A stretch of 64,000 nucleotides of DNA from Perna viridis (Eukaryota): the NCBI GenBank assembly GCA_037379345.1, contig CM074513.1:19158001-19222000 (forward strand), given 5' to 3'. Position numbers and translations under genes: made by a program. Positions within the stretch are counted from its first letter, which is position 1. Each line of letters opens with the position of its first letter. Shown here in pieces: positions 25,195 through 36,939 of this stretch. The notes beneath the pieces are model-generated. The model saw only the letters and a program-made list of their open reading frames with translations, had not been told where the DNA came from and did no database searches.

Positions 25195-25406
25195 GGAGGT
25201 AGACCGAGGATAAGAGACATAACTCTAGGAATCAGTGATATGTTTGTATTACATTCAATTTCACCAGAGCCTTTCAAGCTTTCCTTTGAAACACAATGAA
25301 ATCAGTCAAAGTAACCCTGGTACTTACATGAGATTGATGTTAAATGCTGAATACAAACGTTCCAATAATGCGTGAGAGTTGTGTCCCTTATCATATGTCT
25401 ACTGCC
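25195..25406. mobile_element. MITE family B copy
   Basis: TTAA on both sides, both TIRs present. Confidence 0.75.
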
Positions 25407-28400
25407 TTAATATGCTGATTAATTTGGTTAGGATAGACAATGATCCAATTAAAAGTAGTTGACTTCTAACAGTTGTTCATTTTTCGCAACCATTTCAACG
25501 TAACCAGTCGCTCAGTTGTTAGTTACCGCTTATAAGCCATTTGAAGTGAAGTTAAGAAGGAAAACCCTCTAAGATTAAAATAGTCATCAATGCTAGAAAG
25601 GAAAATATAAAGAGGGTGCTAGATGAAAGGTACATCACATCTACGGGCAATATTCATTTCAACGATTGTGGCTCAAGTTTAAATAATTTGAGAAACAGTT
25701 TCGACCAGGATTTTGTTAAATTAAATTAAGTTTGAATTCACAACTAGTTGACCTTTAACCTCTAATCAGTTTCTGTTATCCTTTCTTAAAGAAGATAACA
25801 AAAAATAGGGGTCACCGGGATATTTACTGAGATATATTTAAAATTGTCCGACCACCACCCTCTTTTTTTTTCTAAATTTGAATACTCGATCATATAAAAT
25901 TATTGGATTGGAATTAAAATTCAAATAAATTAATTTTATGTGCATTTTAATACTTAGTAGCCATCAAAAATTTAAAAGAAGTAAATAAATGAATAAATAG
26001 CACTTGAAATAATGCCATTTTTGTGATATTTGATTATTTTCTTGTAATGGAGTTATCTCCCACTTTCCAGCCGTTTTCTTGAACTTTACAACACCATTGA
26101 AAAATTGAAATTGTATTCAATGGGCCACATTAACATGATAAATTCGCATGAAATAGTTTAAAGATTATCAATACCTGAAATGGTCGGAATCCCCTGTTTT
26201 GTTGATAACAGCCTGGAACCCCCGCCCCCCCCCCCCCCCGTACCTGGAACATCACGCGGACCCCTTTTCAAAATATCCGGATGTGCCACCCCTGTGGTTA
26301 AGTAACTATCTCTACAGTTGTAAATCTGAATAAACGAAACCTTTTTAGGATAACAACTTGTTGCCGTTTCTAATTTCCAGAAGTACATAGGTGACAGAAC
26401 AAATTTTAATATTTTCTTCCCCATAACTTAAAATATTGTATTTATATATACAAAGATTAAAATTGAAAAAAAAAAAGAATTTCCAGCAATAATCGACATT
26501 ATGTCTAATTTTGTTATTCCTGACTCTTGAGAATGACCGATTCTTGAACCGGATATTTGAATATAGTAACCATAAACATAGCCAGTCTTTTTGGAGACAC
26601 AATGCTTACATGTAACAATCAAAATATTTACATGTAGAATTCAACAATGAGTTGTATATCACTTATGTATACATGTACATGTAACTATATTTATACATTA
26701 TTAAATTACTTCTGTCAATATATTTTTTTTGACTTATTTCAACAGTCTTATAGTGCATGCATTCAAATGATCGCAATGCACGTATTTTGCGGTAGAGTTT
26801 CCATCTAATATTAATTCGCATTTAAAGGAATTAAGGAATAAAAACATGACCCGTTATTGCACTTTCTTTATAAAATATATATTAAAGTACCGTAATTATG
26901 ATAACATAATATCATCTGGCGTGTCCGTTTTTGGATCTGCGTCTGGTGTCAGGGTTGTATTTTTAATAGCTTTTTTTAAGTACTTCTCTATCTAAGAATC
27001 AGGAAAATTGTGTACAAGGTGTGGCACATGAAGAAAAAAAATAAAAACAGATATTTTTTTTTTATTACAAAAATTTAAATAGCCTTTAAGTTGTTTTCTT
27101 GATATATTTGAATGTATTTGAGGCAAGAAATACCAAATTGAGATTTATAATGTACCAACCATTGCCTGACTCTTAAACAAAATGTTACTTAAGAAATGTT
27201 GATTAAATGATGCCCATTGTAGGAATAAATATAAAAAAGAACAATGTACCGAAGTCTTGAGAAAAATATTTATTTTTTATATTGCTGTAATAGTACGAAG
27301 ATACACAAGGTGGTGGTTTTGTACTCAACAAGAAGAAGAAGAATAGGGGATAATATTAATAACTATGTCTATGACTTAATAACTATGTCTATCGCTTAAT
27401 ATTAATTTTGATAATGCAATTTTAAACGGCATTTAAATTATTTTTGAAAGAAAATTATATATTTTCTAAACATGACCTTCATTTTTATTTCTTTTCAAAG
27501 ACGGTTTGTGTGATTAAATAATTTTGTTGATCTTTACACAATACCTCACATGGGGTAAACTTCATTATACACACTGTCTTGTAAAATGATTAGTCATATG
27601 CACAGCCAATCATTTGCGAATATATTCGTGTCCTTGGCCCTCTCACCGAATAAAATTTATAGTTATGTATTCAACAACAGTAGAGTTAAATAAATTGTAT
27701 GTAATTCGAACTTTTTGACGTATGTAATGCTTTGAATTAACCTGAACTTCTATTCATAGTTGGATTGGAAAAAACCCGTAAATTTGCGTTGATTGTGGTC
27801 CCATCCGATTGGCTCCCGATAACAGCGGTCAGGGTGCATTTTACATCACCTACTTACTGTGAAGAACACGTAGTGGACTCATTTTTTTTTCGTTTTGGTT
27901 TTAAGGACGTATTCATTTTAGCACAATGCACTTTGACAAGTATACACACGTATTTAGTACAAAATTTTATCAGAACTTACAAATAAGTCTCAAGTAGTGC
28001 TTGTACTTGTAAATGAATATATATTTTATCACCCTTGAAAACTTCTCTCCTATTTGTTTTCGTCTTAGAATCCTGAGCTATTGAATGCTAGAGATTTTCC
28101 TCTTAAAGAACTCTCATTTTCTTGTACCTTTAAAACAAATGGTTAAAGGGCAATAACTTAGATAAGATATCCTGACTATACAAAGAAATTAGCCTCATGC
28201 AATTTTTGCTCTCTGTAAGGCACACATGTTAAATAAGATGTATTTCAGAAATATATCTCTGTTTTCTGTTTTCACATTAGGTTAATACATTTGGATTCCA
28301 ATTGTTATGCTTCTGAACTGTTCGATATTATGCCGGACGCATTGGTATTTTTGCCGATATTTAGAAGAATGGGAAATTCTTGAAAAGAATGTTTGCGTCA

Positions 28401-28694
28401 GTTGTTCCTTACTTGTAGCATCGATAAATATCATTTATTGATATGTTAACATTGCTTATACCAGACATAAGAATGAAAGTCAGGTCTTAAATCAGCACTT
28501 CTGGTTCAGTTTCACGTAAATGCTTTCATTCAGTCGTGCGACGGCTCATTGCATGAGATACAGATGTATAATTGCCCTTTTCTCATTCGAAATAACCTGA
28601 GTATTTCCTTACCTGTTTTTTGTCTAATAATTTCAATATGACCAAACTTGTTATGGCAGTGAAATCTTTTTTATGAGAAACTGTAACATAATTT

Positions 28695-29073
28695 TCATTA
28701 CTACAGAAGTTTCATGGTCGTCATCATGAACTCGTGGATCGTTATGGTGTATCAATATGCACCATGAAAACTGAGTTATTCAACCGGTCATGGTTTTCCT
28801 TTCCTCATTTGTCTACCCCGGACTTGACTTTTATGATCAACTCGGCGGGTGTTTCTAGAAAAGCAGAGGACGCTTACCCTACCGGTGTACCTGGTCCATG
28901 CTCCCAGTTTTTAGTGGAGTCCGAGTTGCTCATTTGATTTTGTTACTTTGTATGTATGATTTTAGTTACTCTATGCTCTTTGTTGTGCATGTCTGTTTTC
29001 CATGTTTGGTTTTTGTCCCAGGATTACATTCTTTTGATTACCGCTATAACCTTGGTTCCCTTGATTACTCTTT
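28695..29073 (+). mobile_element. Naiad-type PLE 3' fragment
   Basis: Matches 16224-16602; ends GATTACTCTTT. Confidence 0.8.
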
Positions 29074-29764
29074 CAGTAATTTGTTTTACGGGTGTATACT
29101 TGCCAAAACCGAACCCTGAAAAATCCGGAAAAAAACTATCAAACCAAGACTATTACAGACCTTTTATATAAATTAAAATGTATTTTGAACCTTGGTAAAT
29201 CGAACACCTGTATTAACTGCATCGATTTAAAGTGGGCTCGGTTTAGACAGGTTCCACTGTATTAAGCATTTTGATTAATAACGCAATAGCTTAGTATACC
29301 GATTCTGTTATGCGTAAGTTTTTGTAAGAATCAGACAAAATAGGAAAAAGCAGAAACATGCATCTTAAAAACCTACCCATCTGACAATATAATTTCACTC
29401 AAGTATCTCTGCTTTAATCAATTTCACTCATAGACAAGTATCTCTGCATTAATCGATTTTCTCAGAATTTTATTTCAATAGAATGTCAGAAAAATGAGAT
29501 TCGTGACAGAGTTATCTGTCCTTAAAATGTTTATTTTCAGTGCATTTCAACTAAATTATAACTCAATTTACCAAACTGATATGGAGAATCCTATCGTTTT
29601 TTCCATAGTTATGATGATGCAAATAATCAAATCAAACTTTCAGAAATGGTGTTTTTTTCATACCTTTTTTCACTCTGTGCCTGATTCTTACAGAGACTGA
29701 CACTTAATATATAAATTATTGGCATTGCAAAATTGTTCTATGACAGTAAAAATTTTGTGCTTAA

Positions 29765-30050
29765 GGGGGTAGACCTAGGGCAAGGGACATAATTCTTGAA
29801 ATCAGTGTTATGTTTGTATCATATTCAATTTCACCAACGTCTCTCAAGCTTTCGTTTGAAACAAATGACAGAATGAAATCTGTCTAAGTAACTTTGGTGC
29901 TTACATGAGAGTGATGAAAAATGCTGAAAACAAACGTTCCAATGATGTGTGAGAGTTGATTAGATGCTTACATAAGATTGATGTAAAATGCTGCATACAA
30001 ACGTTCTAATGATTTTAAAGAGTTGTGTCCCTGACCCTAGGTCTACCGCC
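29765..30050. mobile_element. MITE family B copy with an internal ~65-bp duplication
   Basis: TTAA on both sides; tgcttacat...caaacgttc occurs twice. Confidence 0.75.
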
Positions 30051-30348
30051 TTAATGGTTGGTACTAGACATTCGATTCGAAATGAGCGATTTAGCTCATA
30101 GGAAAATTAGTTTTCATGTTCATGAATATATTGAATTCTTTTTTTTTTTTTTTATAAATCTTGTTTAATTCCTCCGTGTTTATTTAGATTTTAACAACAC
30201 AACTAATACAAATAAATTCTATTTAATGATTGTAATGTATTTATTAATACTTATATAAAATACACATTTGTCTTTCAACAGTCTCTCAAAACTCTTTTTA
30301 GATTGGAGCATACAATACTAACGTTTTATTTGTTTTATATAGATTTTA

Positions 30349-30743
30349 AGTAGCATTCCAGCTAAGAATCATGCAAAATGTGATTCATGGGTGAAAAGCC
30401 TACATATTTTTACTTTTGATATTTTGTTTGAATTGCCATAGTAAACAGAAATTAACTTTCAGTGTTTCATATAGCCCATGTTCTTAGGATATAAAAATTA
30501 TATAGAATGCATTGTAGATTTCAAAATGAAGGGAGATAACTCTGTAAATGACACTCAAATACAATAGAATCCATTGGATTTTCAATGTTGATCATCTTCT
30601 AAGAACAGGCAAATTTGAATGAATAATTACACATTTCTTAGTATAGACCCATAAAACAACTTAATTACAAAAATAAAAATATGTAGCCTTTTTAGGGTGT
30701 ATCAATTTTTCAGATTTTGTATGATTCTTACAAAGACAGCTAC
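30349..30743. mobile_element. MITE family C copy
   Basis: ttaa|gtagcattcc...gacagctac|ttaa. Confidence 0.72.
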
Positions 30744-30959
30744 TTAAATATGTATGTCTGTATGTGGTGAAACTATAATACAATATTGAATCTACAATAT
30801 CGCAATTTTTATTTGAAACGAAATTGATGGAAATTGACATTGATTACCATGATTATGATTCCAAGTATCGTTTTGGTAAAAGGAGACAAAGTAATCAAGT
30901 GAAGGTAATCAATAAGAATCTGACCTATAAAATGAGGAACTTTAGTTTGACATGAAGCG

Positions 30960-31357
30960 AACTAAGGATACCAAGAGAACTTCGACTGTGTCTTTTATGT
31001 AGAAACGATATAGGAGACGAATACCACTATATAATGGAATGTCTTGCTTTTCAAACGGACAGAAATAAATATGTTTATAAAAGAAATTACCATAAATCAT
31101 AATTCTGTAAAGTGTAGTGCTATAATGAACCAAACAAAACACTCAAAACTTCGAAAACTGTGTCAGTATATAAGAATAGTAAATGACAAACTAGATTTTC
31201 TCTAATAATTCAAAATTTCCTTTCAATTTCTTTGTTTGATAAGAGATATTTGTTACTCAACAACCTTACCAATGTATTGTTTATATATTTTAAAAATGCC
31301 ATGTTTTTCTGTATACCACCAATTTATGGGATACATGGTTTTTTTTTCAGAATAAAA
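30960..31357 (+). mobile_element. 3' fragment of an RTE-X-like LINE
   Basis: Reads IPRELRLCLLCRNDIGDEYHYIMEC...RNKY, then AATAAA. Confidence 0.6.
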
Positions 31358-31615
31358 TGATATATACTTGTTTTGTACTTTAAAAAAACCCAAATGTTCA
31401 TAGCTCACTTCTTAAATTTTGTTACATTATGATTAGTCAAGAATAAATCTTGGTTAATTAAATGTAAAACTGAATTAAAAAGGCATAAAATATTAATACA
31501 TATTCAACTGTGTCTTCCTTCAGGTTACACATACCTCATTGTTATTATCATGGAAAATCCTTTATAAGAAATAAAACAAATCAAGAAAAACAAATATTGA
31601 TGATGTACCAATTAA

Positions 31616-32007
31616 GTAGCACTCCAGCTAAGAATCATGCAAAATGTGATTCATGGGTGAAAAGCCTACATATTGTTATTTTTGATATTTTCTTTGAAGT
31701 GTCATAGTAAACCGAAATAAACGTGTGATTTTTCATATAGCCCATGCTCTTAGGAGATAAAAATTATATAGAATGTACTGGATTTCAAAATGAAGGGAGA
31801 TAACTCTGTAAATGACACTCAAATACAATAGAATCTACTGGAGTTTCATTGTTAATTAACTCCTAAGAGCAGGCAGATTTAAATGAATAATTACACATTT
31901 CATAGTAAAGACACATAAAACAACTTATTACAAAAATAAAAATATGTAGCCATTTTAGGGTGTATCACATTTTTCAGATTTTGCATGATTCTTACAAAGA
32001 TAGCTTC
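31616..32007. mobile_element. MITE family C copy
   Basis: ttaa|gtagcactcc...gatagcttc|ttaa. Confidence 0.72.
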
Positions 32008-35000
32008 TTAAAATTTCTAAACTAATAAAAAGAAAAAAAAAACACTTCGCTTTAAGAAGTAACACTTTAAGTTAAACCTTACACGTGTACACAGAGTATT
32101 TTCACCTTGTAATGACAATAAACTTTTTAAGGCTGCTGTCTACTCAATGCTGTTACTGTACCAAATCGGATATGGGTTCGCTTGAATGTTGCTGATTAAA
32201 GAATTTTGCCTGATTCTTTCAAAAACTTATAGTTTTAAAAACGTATGATCTTAATTCATTTTTAGTCTTTAGAGTTCTTAATCATTCAATGTCTTTGGAA
32301 TTTCCATTCTATTATACAAAGACAACCTCTTTAATCGCTTGTAATTCGAAAGAAGGGATCTACTATCAGATAGGATGAAGACTTAATTTCGTTTTTGTAT
32401 CATTGAAAATATTTATGATAGGTAAATACACGGAAATAATCTTACATTTATAAGTAGAAATAATTACTTCTTCGTGGAAATGCCACAAACGTCGTGGGGT
32501 TTTAAACATTCACTAGTAATTATGAATATGCTTACATTTATATAATACCGGTTTATTTTCATGATGTTTTATCTTGCAATTCTTTTTAAATATCAACACT
32601 TTATGCGCAGGTGCACTGGGAAAAGGGATCAAAAATACACTTAAGCGTAACAAAATGAGGGCGCCAAGGAGCCGCGGGACCGCTTATGAAATTGAAAATT
32701 TTCAAATGCGTTGTATTTTGTTTTACATTAAAACAAAAAACGCAGAGAAAGGAAAGTTCAATGAATTTAAAATGCAAGTTCATAACTTAGGATTGTACTA
32801 TCACCTCAAGTGATTATAATTCCTGTACCAATATTATATAGGAATTATATTCACATATTCATTTTTAGGAAAATAATTAGGATCCCTGATTCTCTGGACT
32901 TTTGTACATCACGTTTTGAAAAATTCTATCTCCGCCACTGACAAGTATATCAATATGAATATTTTTTTTTTATTATTTAGCGAATATCTTTGGTGAATCC
33001 AGTGAACGAAAGTAACTAAGTTTAACTGTTGTCCGTATGTGTGTGCATACGTTAAATCGCAATTTCAGCAACTCTTTATCGATTTAAACTTGTAGAAGCT
33101 TTTCGACTTGGCTGCACATCAACTTCTTATACATGATTTATACCGGAATGGTCTTGTTGCTTAGGGTTACCTTAAAATTTAATAAATTTCGTCGCACAAA
33201 TCTCTGCGACACAGTTTGAAAGTAGTACTAGTATGCTGCTTGTACTGTGTATAAACTTTTCTCTTCGGTCATGTTTCAACTTTCCTTTTGTTGTTGCTTA
33301 TTCATTTTTTTTTTATACTTTTACGTGGCTTAAACCTTGGCAACCACTCTGCCATCATGGGAATAATAGAAATTTACAATTATTATTTTTTTTAGAAAAC
33401 TTTCAAATTTTGTATTAAGCTTGAATCATTGTATTGCGTGTGAACGTTTTCACTAAGTGCCACATCCATCTCCTGTATATGATGTCAAGCTCCGAACAGC
33501 GTCTGACGTTCGAAATCCACTCTAAACGCTGCAGTCAGCCCTCTAAAAAATGGAAGAATCGTACAAGGTCTATAAAACGCGAATGATTTTACTCGACGTT
33601 ATCCGACTGTCAAACAAAGCTTGATTTAAATAATGCCAGAGAATTTCGAAAGGCTTGTCTCCAGCGGTTAGTAAAAGAGAAAAAAAACCGTCTGCCGCTA
33701 CGTGGAGCTTGGTATGATGTTTGAAGTTTAGGTATGGCGAGGGATCCGCGTGATAGCGATAAATACGTACATGCACATGTACAGTGAAATCGATCTAAAC
33801 CGAACCGATTTCGTAATTTAAAATTCATTCGGTTTATACAGGTGTTCGGCTTATCGAGATTAAAAATACATTTAAACTGATATGATGGGACTTAAAAAGT
33901 GTCTGGTTTTGACAAATTTTGGATTATTCAGGGTTCGATTCGGAAAGGTTTCGCTAAAGTTGACACAAAACAACTGGATAAACAATGACAGTTAAACTAA
34001 TATTTTGTATCACTGTGTTTTATAAAGCATGTACTGATAAGAGAATTTAAAAGACAGAAAAAAAACATATGTAACATATTAATTATATTTTATTTATTTT
34101 CTCTAAGGATGTGTATAGACCTAAATCAGCGATAGATGAATAAATCGATTGTGTGCTATTTTCGGTTCTTATCATGCTTCAGAAAATATATTTACTTTAA
34201 GGTTAATATGTAAAGTCCAAATCAAGGATATTAATTATCAAGATCATTTTAGTCAAGATGTTTAGAATGCAATTATTATATTTCTGAAAACTTTGCTTAA
34301 TGCTCTTTATACAACATTCTGCATACATGTATATGCACGTTGCCTTCCTTCAAAGAACGTATTACTACAGTCATATTTTGCTATCAACAGAAGTGTAAAC
34401 ATTAAATTTTAAAATAAATGTACAGATTTACCAGAATATATTTTTATTCGGAGGTGCAAATATGCTGTAGCCTAAACATCTATTACAGTGCATGCTAATA
34501 ATAATTTGTCACAAATTGCCTGATTTGAATAAAAATTTTAACATTTTATGTTTATCAATATTTGTATTTAGCTGGATTGTGGCATAAAATATCTCAATTC
34601 ATCTAAATTTACAGAAACAACATTTTTAAAAAGAAAATTAATTCTAGTTTGCACTTCGCGCAATAAACAATATGCACATGGAAAATGTATGTTATTTTTC
34701 AATAGACAAAATTTTTATTATTGCCAATTCTTTAATAAAAGTTAAAAAACATGTTTTTCCCTTAGTTGGACTGGTGTTTGTGTGTTAAATACATGTAAAG
34801 ATGCATTTAGCAATTTTTCAGCGCTAAATTTAATGTATCATCAAAACTATGAATAAAAACATTTCAATAAGAAGTGTCCTTCATTGGAGAAGTTAGACAA
34901 ACATTTCTTTCATATACAAACCATACCCTCTTTGGAATTTATAATTGACTCGATTTAGACAGGTGTTTTGGTTTACCAAATATATTTAAACTGAAATGAT

Positions 35001-35875
35001 TGGACATAAAAAAAAAAGATTTGTATTATTAAAGATTTTTAGTCTTTTCTTATTAAAAGTTTATGACTGTATAAGATTGTTTTACTTGCTTGCGTGCTGG
35101 ACAGATTTTCGGCAAGTCTAAAACTCGGCCATCATTCGATCAAGCAATAATTTTGTACACAAGGATACTGATATTGTCAGTGCTGTACAAATATACGGAG
35201 ACCCCGACGAGTCTCGTACAAACGGCGAACAAGAATTGTCATTATTATATATGAAACATGTTTTGTACAAATGTGTTGAATAGAGCTTAGAACACAATGT
35301 CAGATGCACAGATGTATATCTGTCAAAACTATTTTGACCCCCTATCAAAACGCATGACATGCAACTGCCACCTCGTAACATTCTCAATATCACACGAAAG
35401 ACGATGCATAATTTCTATTTCATAACTTTGGACTTGTTTTGGTAATTTTAGACAGTAACCGATTGTCGATTAAACTCACTATGTCAACCGGTCTGACAAC
35501 TGTGTTTATGACTGTCAATTGCTGCTAAGAATTGAATTTTAATTTATTCGACCTCTTTAAAGAAGATAGAATTCCTTTATGTCATAAAATGGAGAGCTTA
35601 AACAAGTTTAACTGCTCCATTTTCATTTTCAATCATCCAAACCAATTTTAACGCTGATAAAAAGCGATGTCACCTTTTGCAAACTTAAACACTTAAATGG
35701 TCTAGGGTTCTTTAAATTAAGTACATAATATACTAAGTACTACACAGAACCGTTTTTAACCACGGGATTTTAAAGGGTACTTGGTTAACAGCTTTAAACG
35801 TCACTTTAAACCAGTCAGAACTTATTTATTACTTTTACATAGACCCCTTCATACAATATTATCAAATTGGGAGGT

Positions 35876-36143
35876 GGGTTTTCCATAGATTTAAATATAC
35901 TAGATATATATATATATATTGTTTTCTTATTCAACCAATCAATGCTACTTCCTTGACAGGGAATCATTCCAATTTATAATTATTTCCTAGGCCTTAAATC
36001 TACATTTCCGAATTGGATTTTCTAGTGGTGATACATGTATGAGGTAAGAAAGACACCACAGTATCTGACATTATAAATATAACTGTTTATTTTATATTTT
36101 GTTTGTACATGTATTTTATATCATTCATGCATTCAAGGTAAGT
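35876..36143 (+). promoter_or_regulatory. Candidate TLR-A promoter and 5'UTR exon: kB-like sites, TATA box, splice donor
   Basis: GGGTTTTCCA at 35876, GGGAATCATTCC at 35959, TATAAATA at 36072, AAG|GTAAGT donor at 36138 that could pair with the acceptor at 36932. Confidence 0.35.
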
Positions 36144-36585
36144 CAATGTTAGAGTGAGCGAAATGGGACATGCCTTCTTCCGTTGCTGATGAATAACCTT
36201 TCTATTCATTTGCTATGAATAATTAAGTATCATTTTTTGGTCATTTGTATAAGCAATGATTAAAAAACTTTGAATTGGCACCAGTTTGTAAAAACAAAAT
36301 TGCATTTTATGCCTGTAATTTTTATATACAGTGAAATCTTTGTAAACTGAACCCTGAAAGAACCAGACGATTTTTGAAATATAGCAAAAGATAAAGGTAT
36401 TTTTTACCTGTGTATACCTGTCTAAACCAAATAAATTTTACCATCAAAAAGAGATTCGGTTTAGACAAGTTTCAATATACTTTTAATTAGCTATATACAG
36501 ATAAAGCGAAGGATAAATGAAGCGAGTGTGTGTTTTCCATATATTCCAACTGTTCTATTATTAACATTTAGATTTGGCGTTCCCT

Positions 36586-36728
36586 AGATATGGAAAACAG
36601 ATACACACAACAAAATACAATCATGAAATAACCAAAATAATACATACACATTATTAACTCGGACTCCACTAAAACTGGGAGCATGGACCAGGAGCACCGA
36701 TAGGATAAGCGTTCTGTTTTTCTAGAAA
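36586..36728 (-). mobile_element. Naiad-type PLE 3' UTR fragment
   Basis: Reverse complement of ctggtccatgctcccagtttt-agtggagtccgag. Confidence 0.65.
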
Positions 36729-36939
36729 GAATGAACAGATTAATCGGAAGATATAATGCAACAGTAAATTTCTGTAAGTGTAATACAATGTGCATTATTC
36801 GTACATGGAACTTGATTGATTAATTGTTGGGATTTAACGCCCGAGCAGCAATATTTCAGCTATATTCAGGCGAACATGCAACTTGACGCGTATGTTTAAT
36901 GTATGCAACTAATTGTTCTTTCATATTTTCAGCCGAAAT

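Noticed and set aside
28734-29171. Hydrophobic short ORFs here and at 52257-52654 as membrane peptides
   Set aside because: They are translations of the T-rich PLE 3' UTR.
33440-33775. GC-richer patch with short open frames (e.g. DLNNAREFRKACLQRLVKEKK)
   Set aside because: No recognisable domain or convincing splice-site pair; may be an old TE fragment.
35118-35393. Cys-containing 91-aa minus-strand ORF and plus-strand frames upstream of TLR-A
   Set aside because: No domain pattern, non-ATG start, and stops in the alternative frames.
36913-36939. Listed ORF start for TLR-A
   Set aside because: It is a TTG inside a pyrimidine tract before an AG acceptor; the ATG at 36940 gives a proper signal peptide.
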